A stretch of 64,000 nt of DNA. Origin: Macrostomum lignano (taxonomy: Eukaryota). Positions within the stretch are counted from its first letter, which is position 1. The number at the start of each line of letters is the position of its first letter. Location: contig NIVC01001264.1 of the NCBI GenBank assembly GCA_002269645.1, forward strand, positions 1 to 64,000, given 5' to 3'. This document shows positions 1-27,374 of the stretch, piece by piece. Below the pieces are notes generated by a model, which was not told the DNA's origin, searched no databases, and saw nothing but the letters and a program-made list of their open reading frames with translations. The translations under genes were made by a program, and so were the position numbers.

Positions 1-120
1 AAACTAAAGCTATTAAATCAGCCTCTGGCTTCATCCTCTCTAACTTTCCCCTTTTGCTCGTTGACTAAGAAATATACTCGATCAGCTACACTACTGCGTT
101 TGAAAAGCCAACACATAGAA

Positions 121-612
121 GCAGACTCAAGGACACTGAGGAAGCGAGAGGCAGACTCAAGGATACTGAGGGAGCGGAGAGGCAGATTCAAGGATACTGA
201 GGGAGCGGAGAGGCAGATTCAAGGATACTGAGGGAGCGGAGAGGCAGACTCAAGGATACTGAGGAAGCGGAGAGGCAGACTCAAGGATACTGAGGAAGCG
301 GAGAGGCAGACTCAAGGATACTGAGGGAGCGGAGAGGCAGACTCAAGGATACTGAGGAAGCGGAGAGGCAGATTCAAGGATACTGAGGGAGCGGAGAGGC
401 AGATTCAAGGATACTGAGGAAGCGTAGAGGCAGACTCAAGGATACTGAGGGAGCGGAGAGGCAGATTCAAGGATACTGAGGGAGCGGAGAGGCAGACTCA
501 AGGATACTGAGGAAGCGTAGAGGCAGACCAAGATACTGAGGAGCGGAGAGGCAGATTCAAGGATACTGAGGGAGCGGAGAGGCAGATTCAAGATACTGAG
601 GAAGCGGAGAGA
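121..612. repeat. 31-bp minisatellite, ~16 copies
   Basis: Unit GCAGA(C/T)TCAAGGATACTGAGG(G/A)AGCGGAGAG repeated in tandem. Confidence 0.95.
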
Positions 613-685
613 GTGAAGAGATTTCTCGATGACTGTGTGACAATGCCAGAGAGGTAATCACTGACAACTTTATAATTTAGATAAA

Positions 686-942
686 GACCCGGTTCACATT
701 ACTCTCATGAGTATAGCTCTGTGGGCAAAAAATGCACAATATTTTAAATGGGTCTAAACCATAGATCTTATATGATCTTTGGTCTAAACCATAGATATCC
801 TTAGAGACCACAATTTTCAGGATCTAAGGTCCCAACCATTACTGGGTTACCTGATTTGAATCTACTATGGCATAATGGTCAAAACTAATGGCTAATTGTG
901 TCCGGGTGAAAAAGTATGACATGCATACAATGTGAACCGGCC
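686..942. mobile_element. Possible PIF/Harbinger-like MITE (~255 bp)
   Basis: Inverted repeat CCGGTTCACATT (689-700) / AATGTGAACCGG (929-940), flanked by TAA and TTA trinucleotides. The left terminus is degenerate. Confidence 0.4.
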
Positions 943-1629
943 TTAACTGTAAATGTACATTGTCCAATGACGCTTGACTGTACGATTAGTTATATGTGAG
1001 GAATTTTGCCCTACGAATGTAGTTGATTTATCTTATAGTTTAAAGGAACTATTTTAACTAAAATAATCCCTGCACTTTTTAAATCATTATTGTCTCATTG
1101 TTTCTATAAACATTATCGATGTAGCAACATACATGAGCCAACGAATTTCAGATTAATCATGTAGTTAGTGCATGCCATTCTCGCCTCTCTCTTCATTCGC
1201 ACACTCCACCCACCCCTCTCTCATTATTCTGGGCTCAACCCCCCAAAGTTATTAATGTTTTATAAATATATCGGTTTGGGCCCTGCGCCCACTTACTAGC
1301 TCCAATTTAACTTCAATTAAATATTCTCTAGTTTTTAGTCTTATTTTCTCTGCAATTGCTAAGCACGCAAGAGCGTATCGTTTGTTTTGCATTTTTTTTG
1401 AGTCATTTAATTAAGCTTTCCAGTGCACGCTGGAAGATGCTGGGAGCAGTACGTAAAAACGGTTTGAATCCCGTTGACAAATGATTTTAAGTGTCATATG
1501 GTCACACTCTATTGTTCCTTAAACAATAGCGCACTGCCGAGGCTGCTGTTCCATGATATCTTCATCGAATTCTGCTTCAAATTCATCGATATTATCTTCT
1601 TCCAGCAATTCATCGTCTTCTTCAATCTG

Positions 1630-2806
1630 CAGTGATGGGCATAGCGGGCGCTAAATTTGAAATTCGCTATAGCGCCGCTACGATTTTTGAAATTCGCTAA
1701 TATCGCTAAATTGAATTTTGACTTAGCGTACGCTACAAAAGCGCCGCTACGTTTCGCTCAAATTCGCTAAAAATTGAAATTCGCTAAATTTTAGGCAACA
1801 AATTTTCTTTTACATCGTTTTTTAGTGTTTTCAGTCTTCTAAACAATTTTGTTTAACTGATTTTAATTTTAAAAATCTTTTTTTAACGTACGTAACGTAA
1901 CGACAGTATTTAGAATTTACAATCAAGTCATGTATACTGTACTCACTGATACTGTCATACTGATACTGATAGGGATAGAAATAAAATAAATTGATAATCA
2001 GTCATACTCATAGTCATAGGACTCATAGATAGATCATAGACTGATCCTGATGCCTGATAGACGATATAGTGATGACTGATGACTGATGAGTGATGAGTCT
2101 AACTTTTGTTTTTGTTTTTGTTACTTGTCCCGTTTTTGCTGCTGTTGTTCTTGCTGTTTGTTTTTTGTCTGAATAATTATTTTATCTCCTAAATAAATCT
2201 ATAAATGTTCATTTTATTATTTAATTTATTCAATTCATTCAATTGCGAGTGCCGTAATTACAATACAATTCCGTAAATCAGCAATTCAATCAATTCCGAT
2301 AGTACGAGTAGAATTTAAATAGTCACGTCAATTACCAACACTGACTGCCAACCGGCGACGGTGACCGACTTGGCGACTGGCAGTGGCAACTTACTAAGTA
2401 AAGTTACTTAAACTTACTACGGTACTACTGTCTTTTAGTGTTAGTGTTAACTGTACCGGTTACCTTACCTTATCCTTTGGCTTTGCGCAGTATAAGTACA
2501 ACAAGTTACTTTTTTCAATTTGACGAATTTTTGACTAATTTGCGTTTTATTTTAATAAATATAAAGTAAAATCTTTCTAATATTTACACTGCTTAAACTA
2601 AACAAAAGAAACGGTAAAAATGATTCTTTTTTCATGTTTTTAGGAAATTTTGAACTTTAGCGAATTTCATATTTAGCGGCGCTAAGTTCGCTAATTTTGA
2701 AACTAAAATAGCGGCCGCTACGTAGCGGCGCTAACTTTTTTTTAAATTTGATAGCGGAAACGCTATATAGCGGCGCTACAAAAATATTTAGCGGTGCCTA
2801 TCACTG
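1630..2806. mobile_element. Non-autonomous hAT-type DNA transposon (1177 bp)
   Basis: TIR CAGTGATGGGCA / TGCCTATCACTG (12 bp, 1 mismatch). Perfect 8-bp TSD TCAATCTG at 1622-1629 and 2807-2814. Many subterminal CGCTA/TAGCG motifs at both ends; no transposase ORF. Confidence 0.9.
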
Positions 2807-3849
2807 TCAATCTGATCTTCAGCATTCATATCGTTTCTTATTGCGCAACGATTGTACAGTTATGCAGTACAGGAAAAACAAAAAAGTTAGATTAATGTAC
2901 TTGATGGGTTTCGACCTTCGGGTCCCTTGTTAGGGAACCTTCGGCCTCAGGCCTCAGAAATAAATCAATTAGAGTCCTGGCCCCCCACTCCTGTCAGATG
3001 GTCAGCCCCATGGTAGCTTGATCGTGTGGCGAGCAGTCTAGGTCCTATAGCTAAGAGAGGGACAGCGAGAGACAAGCAGGGAGAATTTTGAAGGTAGAAA
3101 TTAGCTAATCCGCAGACTAAGCTAACTCGCTGCCACCAGCCCGTGCGTCCTGGCTCACCACACCGGGACTTTCGAAATCGGGCTTCCGACTAGAAGGGGC
3201 TTTGCACCTTACCTGCCAACTAGTGTCTTTTTGCTGTCAATCTCGAAGTCATAGCCGATGATAAGGGACACTGCTGGGACTAGATCGCATTGGCCATGCA
3301 GGTACAGAGGGGACTTGTGCAGGGGATTCTTGCAGTGGCGAGTCTATGGGGTAGCTACATGTACTATTACATTGCTAAATACGAAGATATGTACTTTTGG
3401 CCTTCAACGCGCCAACTAGCCTCTCATAGCGCTGATGATAGACTAACTCGAACTTCAGAGATCTCGCATGATTCATTACCCGAGCCGCTTGGCTAACCTA
3501 GAGTGCACAAAGTACATCTCTGGCGCCGATTCTGCACTTCTGGCAGTTTTGTTCACTGATTTGATTGATTGATCGACTGAGAACTGCCTTGCCATTGGTC
3601 CACTGTGACCGGCGCCTACTAGCTTAGCTACTCATCTGAGCCATCGGCGAACAAAGAACTAAAACCGATAAAAAAAAACTGTCAGATTTAGCCTTCTCCT
3701 TAAATCACTTCACACCTCAGATTGAATTGGAGTTTCAGACTACTAGCAGTATTATTAAGTGATTTCTGCCTCAGTACCAGCACTACTGAACAAAATGAGC
3801 AAAAGTGTGCGCCTAATCCAGCTACTGAAACAGGGGACAGACAGGGAAT

Positions 3850-4310
3850 CACCCAATCAAGCAAGTCTAGGTAGCCTCTCACCCAACCAATCAGAAACTC
3901 AACAGCCGGAGACCAGGTAATCCACAGTGACCGAATCGGCTTGATGCTCTGTAGCTGTAGACTCGGGATGATGCTGACACAATCTTCGCTAATAGCTAGC
4001 AGGTGATGATCTTCGCTTGATGTTCGCTGCTGACGACCGGGGGATTCGTCCTTGATGATGATGGGGGGAAGTCGCAATCCGGGGATCAAGAAACGACGGT
4101 CGCGCTCCGGGAACCAGAAGTTGCGTGCTGGACCCGAGCAAGAGTTAGTCCGAGCGGGCCAAAAACTCCGGTTTAAATAGCCGCCAACTGGACCGCAGTT
4201 TGTTATAACGGAACACGTCGATTCTGATTGGCTGAGCCGTTTTGTTAAAATGAGCGCCGAATTTTCTGATTGGCTAAGCTTGTTGCTACCCAGAATCACG
4301 TGACCGAGAG
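3850..4310. promoter_or_regulatory. Cluster of CCAAT boxes and an E-box (promoter-like, owner unknown)
   Basis: CCAATC at ~3853 and ~3888, GATTGG at ~4226 and ~4269, TCACGTGA at ~4297. Motif match only. Confidence 0.2.
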
Positions 4311-5685
4311 ATCCTATCAGTTCCCACAGGGTCGTAAAAAGATGACAGGTGCGGCCATAAATCACTCAAAATCGCAACAAAATGATTTATGACTTTTCGC
4401 GTAGGATTGACAGAAATTAATGAAAAAATATACATTAGAAAGCTCTTATTAAATAAAAAGTGAAGATAATGAAGAGAAATCGCTAATCGCTAATCCCAAA
4501 GTACTTTTAGGGGTAAAACGCATAGCTGTCAAAGCTGTCACACGCTTGAGTGAATCCGAACAATAGGCTCTGACCTCATAAATCTTGATGGCCTGTCAAA
4601 ATGATGAGAAAAAAGCTACCGCCCGCATCCTCTCAGACCATCTGGCGCCCGTCTCAACACTGAGTGAGGCGCAGGTGGCTGTCAGACCAGCTTCGAAAGC
4701 GATGATTTATGACCCAAAAAGCAATGCCTATGTTATTATGACTACTAGTATGGCCAGAAATTATATCTAGTATAGATTCTATGACAATTTGCAGAAAAAG
4801 GATAAAAATGCCCATCGCCCACTGTTAGTAGGCTAATAAGTTTCGAGCCCATGTGCTAGCGCGGGATTTGGGAAAAAGTGCGTCCTCATCATACTGAAAA
4901 TGTACTTGTACCTATGTGCAAAAATCTCTGTCGAAATAGAATGTGACTTTGTTTCTGTTGAATTTCAAGTTTGCGCATACGCGTCACTCGGGGACAATTT
5001 TAGCCACAGACAGTCTGAATTGAAGTTCTTCTGTTTCAATAGAAAGGGACTTTGTTTGAATTGAATTTCCGCAGGGGCTGTTATTTGAACAAGACTTTGT
5101 TCAAAATAGGAGGTAAAATGGTGTAATACCGATCAGAAGATAGAATGCCAACTCCGCAGCCGCAGCCAAAAAGCTTTCGGGGACATTCACATTTTGACCA
5201 TAGACTGCAGTCTGCTCACTGATCTTCATTCTTACATGTACATGACGTACATGTATATGTTATACAAATAAATTGAAACATGATATGTGTAAAAGCGTGC
5301 ATTAAATGCCATAGTCTATGGCCTATGTCTTATCTCTCATGTACATGTAGAGTAAAAAATGTGCATTAAACGAAAAACTCTTTGTATTTAACAACGTAGC
5401 ATTTGTTGCTAGAAAGAAGTCGAAGATGTTGATTTGCATGGTCAGCGAAACAAATGGCGAAACAGCGCTGCTCGCATATACAGATATGAAGAGTCGAAGG
5501 GAACAGAAATTCTCCATCTGCACCCTTCCTACTGCCGTAGAACAAACGCAATGTGGTATAGCGATGTCCATCGCGGATGCGGTTTGCAAGTCAAACAAAT
5601 TTCGAGCAAAGCTACAAAAGCTGAAACTTCGTCTTATATTGAATCTGTGCCGGCGGTTAGCCAGCAGCTAGACTATTTTGACTTT

Positions 5686-6250
5686 GGTGCTTAATTCTTG
5701 GTGCTTAATTCTTGGTGCTGGCGCCCCTTGGTGCTGGCGCCCCTTGGTGCTGGCGCCCCTTGGTGCTGGCGCCCCTTGGTGCTGGCGCCCCTTGGTGCTG
5801 GCGCCCCTTGGTGCTGGCGCCCTTGGTGCTGGCGCCCCTTGGTGCTGGCGCCCCTTGGTGCTGGCGCCCCTTGGTGCTGGCGCCCCTTGGTGCTGGCGCC
5901 CCTTGGTGCTGGCGCCCCTTGGTGCTGGCGCCCCTTGGTGCTGGCGCCCCTTGGTGCTGGCGCCCCTTGGTGCTGGCGCCCCTTGGTGCTGGCGCCCCTT
6001 GGTGCTGGCGCCCCTTGGTGCTGGCGCCCCTTGGTGCTGGCGCCCCTTGGTGCTGGCGCCCCTTGGTGCTGGCGCCCCTTGGTGCTGGCGCCCCTTGGTG
6101 CTGGCGCCCCTTGGTGCTGGCGCCCCTTGGTGCTGGCGCCCCTTGGTGCTGGCGTCCCTTGGTGCTGGCGCCCCTTGGTGCTGGCGTCCCTTGGTGCTGG
6201 CGTCCCTTGGTGCTGGCGCCCCTTGGTGCTGGCGCCTCTTGGTGCCTGCG
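5686..6250. repeat. 16-bp GC-rich minisatellite, ~33 copies
   Basis: Unit TTGGTGCTGGCGCCCC, preceded by two 14-bp TTGGTGCTTAATTC units. Confidence 0.97.
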
Positions 6251-6744
6251 CTATTTGATATTAATAAATGTCGGGTCAAAATTTGTACCAAAATATTTAA
6301 GTATTGTTTAAAGCACTTTATAATTTATCGAAGAAAATAGAATTAATAATCAGTGTTCATGTACATCTCAGTGCCGTACACTACTGCGAGTATGTATCTA
6401 CAATCTATCAGAAAAAGGTTCTCTATAATAATGATCAACATGCTCCATATATATGTCTGTGATTAAAGAAGTACAAATGCATTTAAAATGAGTACGTCAT
6501 GACAAATTTCCACGTCTTTGTAAAATAAATTTGTATGCTGTACGCTCATACATGTACTTTGTGGACAAAACCTCGATCGGTGGGATATAAAAATTGGCGC
6601 GGATCATTTCGATGCATTAAATGAAAGTGCGTTACTACGTACAGTGATTTTGAATAAAAATTTCGCGGAGTTTTAGGCGGGTGGAAATTGGATCTTGTGA
6701 GGATTGGACACTTATATATGTACATATATTTTATATCGCCTGCC

Positions 6745-8320
6745 CCCCGCCGGTAGGGTGCCTGCAGCGTTAGCAACAGCACCTCCTCGAGCGACTCCGT
6801 TAGCGTCCAGGTCTCGGCGTTGTACAGCAGGACGGTCTCGATCAACTCCTGGAACAACGCCGTCAGGAAGGCCTCGGACTGCAGGACAGCCCTCACACAG
6901 GGACTACTCAAACATGCTTGAGTAGTCCCTGCCCTCACAGAACGAAAGGCAGCACAGGCGAGCCCGCAGACGCCGGGAACCAGACCGCCGAGGTAGACGA
7001 ACTGCTGACAACGCGGAAGCTCTGTCGCCTGTCCATCAGTACCTCGGCACAAAATCGCAGCCTCGATGTCGTCCGGCACGCAGAGCACGACGGTCTTCTG
7101 CGTGTTGACCACCAGGCCGACAGCAACTAGCTTGTCCAGTTGAGGACAGCAGGGCGAGATCGTCGGCGTAGCCAAGCACGCTGAGCCGCCTCTCCAGTTG
7201 ACGTCGACCCACGAGTCGCCGCAACAGAAAGCCGTCGTCGTTGGTAGGAAGAGCACCCAGTCAAGCACTAGAACGAACAGGAACGGTGCAAGTGTACTGT
7301 ATCTCCCTGAAGCACAAAGAAAGAAGTCCGATAGGCCGTCCGGTGTTGAAACAGCAGCTTTCGTATCACGGCACATCGCCATGATGGCGGAAATCAGCTG
7401 CTCTGGCACATTTTACGCACGAGAAGCAACTATGGGAGCACAGACCACCGAGACGAGTGCCTTCTTGAAATCTATGAAGATAACAATCAGGATCGACTGG
7501 CGTATCCGTGCTTCCTCGATGCATGACTCGGCGAAGAGCCAGGAACTGCATCACTGTGCCGCGATGGGACCGGAAGTCGTTCTGCTCAGGACGCAGGTAC
7601 GGATCCAGCACGATCTACAACCGCGATAACAGCATCCGGTTGAACAAATTCACGGCGCAGGACTGCAGGCAGATACCTCGATGCGATCCTCAAGCCTCGT
7701 GGTGCCCGGCTTCTTAGGAACTGCGACGATGTGCGCCGTGGTCCACTCGTTGGGTGCCTCCTCACCGAAGAGCACGCGATTCATCACTCTGGCGACCTCA
7801 CTGGCCACACAGTGGATGCGCAGCGCCTCGATGGGCACCTCGTCCGGACCCAGCGCTTTCCCGCCCGTTGACTGTTGGGCGAGCCTCACAACGTCGGCTG
7901 TGCTGACTGGTGCTGGGCTGAAGCTCTCCTCTGCCGGCAACGGCATCTCCGACGTGTCAGACTGTCTGGCAGCGGAGTGGCGGCGCGTTGACAAATGGCG
8001 GCGAAGAACTCATGCAGCTCGTTCCTGCGCTCGTCCGCAGAGTCGCCTGTCAGGTTGAGTAGAATGCGCCGCTTTCGCCCCGTCAGAGATTTGATAGCCG
8101 ATCTGCAGGCCACACGGCCTCTGGGGGCATCAGGCCCAGCGGCGGCCAGAATGGCATCATCAACAGCCTGTTTGCGCGACAGATAGACAGCCGCCAAGGC
8201 CTCCTCTGCCTCGCGGGTTGGTCGCCTGCTCAAACAGACGTCTCTCCAGCTCTTCCCTCGCTTGCCGAATCGCGGGGGTCGTCTTGCCATACCTGATGCT
8301 GCTCCCGCTAGGCCGGTCAC
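6745..8320 (-). mobile_element. Degenerate RTE-clade LINE fragment (RT region)
   Basis: Frameshifted minus-strand ORF pieces carry KALGPDEVP, EWTTAHIVAVPKKPG, LRPEQNDFR, TLAPFLFVLVLDW, LxYADD-like and LLYNAETWTLT motifs. Same family as 11799-12628 but with several internal deletions. Confidence 0.9.
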
Positions 8321-9424
8321 ATATAGACACAGCTAAAGCAAGCGGCCTTTTCTAGAATTTCTACCACTCGCGAGTGTAACCGTCCTGAGTTGTCCTTGAG
8401 TGATATTGGTACCCGGATCCAAACATATGATGCATTACACATCAACATGTAACTGTACTGTAGCATTGACTGTGAATAGTAAATTAATGCAAGTACACGT
8501 ACCAAATCATGCATGGACGAATTACATGTACATGTATAAAGCTGGTCCTCTACTTGTGGTCTATATACCATGTACGAGTATAGACATGCATATGTATACA
8601 TATATAAATATATAAATGTCTATGTCTATGTAGATTTATCTAGCTAGCGCTACTTGCAACTACAGTTACATAGTTGCATACATGTACTAAAAAGTACGTA
8701 CATGTAGTTGGGTAAAACAAAAAGTTCTCGCAGTTTAACGTTTATGAGGATAAAAGACTACGAATTTCTGAAAGCCTCGTGTGCAGTTATAAAAAGGCCA
8801 TTGACTGATGTAGAGCAACCCGAATTCTACGCCACGGTACCAAATATATCTTCAAATAAGCTGTACTTCATTTCAAGGTTTTATATAAAAAAGCGAGAAC
8901 TTTCTGTTTTTACCCATCATAGTATATAAAAAGTCGCGACCTTTGGCATGTATTCATGCAGTCTCATACTCCACGAATCGTGAAATGCATTGATAAATCA
9001 CTTTCGCATTAACATACCTTTTCGCGCACATCATGGGCTCTGCTGGTGGACAGGCCGGGCGGATGTGCCTCCTCATCACGGCAGTTTGAAAAGGTTTTTT
9101 AAAAAAGTATTCTCAAATTTTATAAACTTTAAACAAGACTAGCTAAATATTCTGTTTTGAATTTTTCGATAAATATACTTATCAAGAGTATTATTATATA
9201 AACTGTTGTGGTGCAATAAAACTTTGTTTTACATTTACGTTGTAAACTGGATCTAATACAATTCAAACGGAGCCCGCTCCTATTTTTCACTTCACTCTCT
9301 ACAAAATTTTGCTTCTTCCTTACCTAATACTTACCGGAACGTTTTTACCTCTCGACCACTTTGTCGTCGATCGATAAGGACGTTGCTTGGAATAAAAAAA
9401 TTGTCGGATTGTTTTTGTATCTGA

Positions 9425-23701
<14,277 letters not shown>

Positions 23702-25229
23702 CTGACAACTGATCGATACTGACCTGCACTGATTGGAGGCAAACTTTGTTTGAAATCAATTTTTTTAACACCTGAAGAAATTTGCAATGTTGGGTTAGTT
23801 GTTGAACTTGGAAAGGTGATTTATTAGTTAGGCAAACCAACCTGATACGTTAGGGACACTGGCTAGGATATTAAGAGACTTAAGGCCTAACCAGCAGAGT
23901 TCTCGATTAGTTGTGGAAGGGTTTTTTTGTCTGATTGTCAATCGCAATTTCCAAGGCTGGCACTGTCAGTAAAAATGCTATACGGTAGCTAGATGGCGGA
24001 TGGACTGCGCTAAGAGTTTGTGTTGTGTGCGATCTCTTTGTATGGCCGACAAGATAAAATTATAACAAAAAATGCGTTTCGATTTCTCGCCACACCTCTG
24101 AGTCCAACCAATGATTAATGTAATTTTGCTTATTCATCGATTGCCCACCTCTGTCTCTGCTTACTCTGATTGGTTTAGTTGGTTGGCTGTAGAATTCGAA
24201 ACCCCCAAAAAAATCGCAAAAATACGTTTTGTCAACTTTAGCGTTGATTTTTTTCCTATCAAAAAAAGATTTCACGAGTTTGAATCTGCGATAAATAATT
24301 CAGCGACGTGTACCTATTGTCTAACCTTACTTTTTCATTTTAATATTCTCCCCTCAAATTCCGCTCTAGCAGCGTATTAGGTTCATTTATCCAACCAAGC
24401 GGTCCTTATGTGTATCGGGTTTTTTTCTATTACTAGCTAATCTTTTAATGCTTGAAAACTTTTATTCAGACAGGGCACCGCTTGTACCTGTAAGTTTTCA
24501 TTATTCATTTTTATTTCTTATTAATATTTCATTCAAAGAGGAACTACAGTATCATTCTAATAAAGTGGTGTTTTGGTTACTGAAGCTGAGAGCCTGAGAC
24601 TCCGCCTTAAAAAAACACGATTTTTTTCTTGCATTTTCCATTCTTAAAAGACACTGCACTCCAAAAATAGCAAATATGAAAACTATAATGAGCATTAGTA
24701 GTGTCTTCTTTTCAGTGGTTCTTTGAACCTTTTATCATATTGACGGGGTGAAAAAATCATTTTCATTTTTTCGGTTCGTGTCCCGTTATATTTAAAACTT
24801 TCCTTTGGATGTTTTTAGTTTGATCAAGTAAAGTTCAAGTAAAATTGCTCTCTAAAAACGTTTTCTAACTAAAATGAACCATTAATTCTTTGAGTTAAAA
24901 ATCGGAACGAATGTATGACTTTTTTTCTTATTATTCACTTGGCTCATAATCCTCCTATTCTCTCTATCAATCAATAAAACTAATAAAAATCGTAAAATTT
25001 CTAAATGAAAGCAATCTATACTGTGTTTTTTTGATAAAGCTTTAATCCACTAACGTTTTCTGTTTGACAAAAATACACGGCTTGGTGTTGATTTTGCGGC
25101 GTGATTTAACGTGAAGGAAGAGCCTATTGTGTTGGTTTACCATCTTCTGAAAAGGCTTAGTGCTGATCGATTTTTGTCTTTTTTATTTTAATCGACACGT
25201 GAACTAAATTTTTAGCGTGTGTATTAAAA

Positions 25230-25515
25230 ATAATTGATTACACCTGCCCCAATTGGGCCAGATGTGCAACCGACAGCTCAGCCGCAGCCATTGCGCGGCG
25301 CATCTGAAGGCTGCGTACGGCTATTCAGTCCAAGGACTTGGGGGGGGTCGCTACACACACACTCAATTACCCCCAGCTAATGCTGGCACCCATTTTACAG
25401 CTGGGTGAACTAAAGCAATGCAGAGTTGAGTGATTAGCCGATAAGCCGAATAACAGTCGAACCCCCGACCTTCAAGTCGTGAGTCTGACGCTCTAACCAC
25501 AAGGCTAGAGAGGCC
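25230..25515 (-). mobile_element. tRNA-derived SINE (family A)
   Basis: The minus strand begins GGCCTCTCTAGCCTTGTGGTTAGAGCG (A-box-like) and has GGTTCGACT (B-box-like). The body contains CACCCAGCTGTAAAATGGGTGCCAGC, which resembles conserved central SINE domains. No tRNA 3' acceptor arm. Confidence 0.7.
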
Positions 25516-27374
25516 TCTGAAATAAATCAATGCACATTTATTTTGCACTTTTTAAGAAACTTCCTCTAAGAAACCTGAGGGGGGGTTCTAGTAGGTTGGC
25601 TCATTTGATAATACACAATGAAGCAAAGGGATTTATTCTTTTACAGCGTCTTGACTCTTGAGGCTGAAGGCTAGAGATAGAGGAACCACGTACAGATCGG
25701 CACCACAACCAGTTGGTGTTCATTTGTACCTTAGGGCCGTTTTATTCCAATTAGATTCGAGTCGTAGGCTGGCCTCAAGACATAGACAAAAGACCCTCCT
25801 CGACATTTCCAAGCTTACATGGTATACTCGTAGTCAGGCTATTATCCTGTGTGTAAAAGCTGATAGTGAAAAATAAATTTTAGCAATACCTGTAGATCCC
25901 AAAAAGCGCGCAAGAGGTTAGAATGATGTGATTTTGCACAAACCGTTCAGGCTTTCATTGCATTGATTACTTTTGTTGCCGAGTTTTGCCAGTAGAAGTT
26001 GCTAAAACGTGCATTGTCAAATTTGAAGCTCGATCTGTCAATATTGATTGTATATTTTGAGTGCCAGCTGCTATATACATGTAGTGTCAATATTGAAGAG
26101 GAGTTTGTCAGTTTCGAAGCTCTCACTGTTCAAAATCGAGGGTAAAATGGTGTGGTTATACATGTAAAGGATTCAATACTTTTAGTTATGAGTGCTTAAA
26201 TTTCTTGGTCACAAGTCGAGTGCCATAGATCGCATTTAAGCAAGAAGTATTGAGTAGTATTGTTGTATATAACGGTCAAGTCAAAGTCGAGAGTCAAATC
26301 ATGGAACCACACAGCCTATAAGATTCATCCAGTTCTAAAGATTTCCCATAGAGATAATTAGCGCCCTAGCTGTCCTCTGACGAGTTGAACTGGATGCAAC
26401 ACTCGAACAACATGCTCTCCTCGATCGGCTTCTACTGCAGGAGCTTGACAATGGACAGATGGACGCCAACTATGCTTTGCCCCAAGATATCGACGGCGCC
26501 ATGCTACAGGAGGAGCTGAGCCTGATTTAAGCAGGCTAGAGGCTGCGATTTCCGAGATAATTAAAAACGCTCAGCAGAGAACTCCATGCACTAGCCGACA
26601 GCAAACAGTTTTACATGTATGTAAAAAAGCTGAAAGGATTTCATGGATGAACATCCTGTGGGTCTTTCGCCAATGTTTCTATTGCTTTTGAACATTCTCA
26701 ACTTCTCAGGCTCGCGTCGATCTGCAAAGTGATTCCGCTGAGGCCGTTGCAGCTGCAATGCGGTTGTCCTATGGAACATGCAGGAAGCGTGATGGCAACG
26801 GGAGCGGGCCATAGACTATAGGATTTAATGCACGCCTTTTGGCAAAAATTCAGGAAAAAATGCCATAAAATCTTTGTTTGAGCGGATATTTACCTATTGT
26901 GAGGCTATATCCGATCGGCAATTAAAGAAAAATCTAACAAAAAACCTTTTACAACGACACCAGCTGCTGCGGTTGCAGGCTGGTCTTGAATGCGCAGACA
27001 AATAAAATGGCCGAAAAGCGTGCTCTGGGCACTGTCGCAGCTGCCTTTGATCTATAAATCGATCCCATTAGTTCGTAAATCATGCTTTTAGTCTTCATGT
27101 TTTACATGCAAACACGCGTGCAGGGAGACAGCTAGCTGACACAGTTTGGGAGTTTTTATTGTTTACAGAGGTTGCCGCGGATGCTGCAGCTGCTCCTGCA
27201 GTTTCAAAATGCTTGTAACTGCATTTATGCGCAAACTTAAACAGCCTATCTGCCTCTCTGCCTTAAAGCATTGGTAACTTTGGCCCGGAAGTGAAAGAGA
27301 AAATTACCCATAGCAACTATTTTCTAATTCGGAAAACAGCAGAAGAGCATTCGATCTAGAACTTGCGAGCATCA

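Noticed and set aside
121-612. CRISPR-like appearance of regular ~30-bp repeats (here and at 51110-51990)
   Set aside because: No unique spacers, no cas genes, eukaryotic context.
3290-4365. ORFs 3700-4365 and 3290-3496, and a possible PHD-like Cys pattern on the minus strand at ~3330-3560
   Set aside because: No recognisable family motif. The PHD reading needs several assumed mutations and crosses stop codons.
5668-6340. ORFs of 186-220 aa over the 16-bp array, and similar ORFs over other arrays (22855-23701, 40459-41910, 44338-45655, 51053-51921, TDRQ/SVCL ORFs)
   Set aside because: They are translations of tandem repeats that lack stop codons. Most lie inside introns defined by clear splice sites.
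9380-9410. PABP 5'-UTR A-rich autoregulatory element
   Set aside because: Only a short GAATAAAAAAA run is present and the transcription start is unknown; too weak to call.
25440-25515. Intact tRNA gene (also at 40100-40170)
   Set aside because: A and B boxes are present, but there is no complete cloverleaf or terminator, and the sequence continues into a SINE body.
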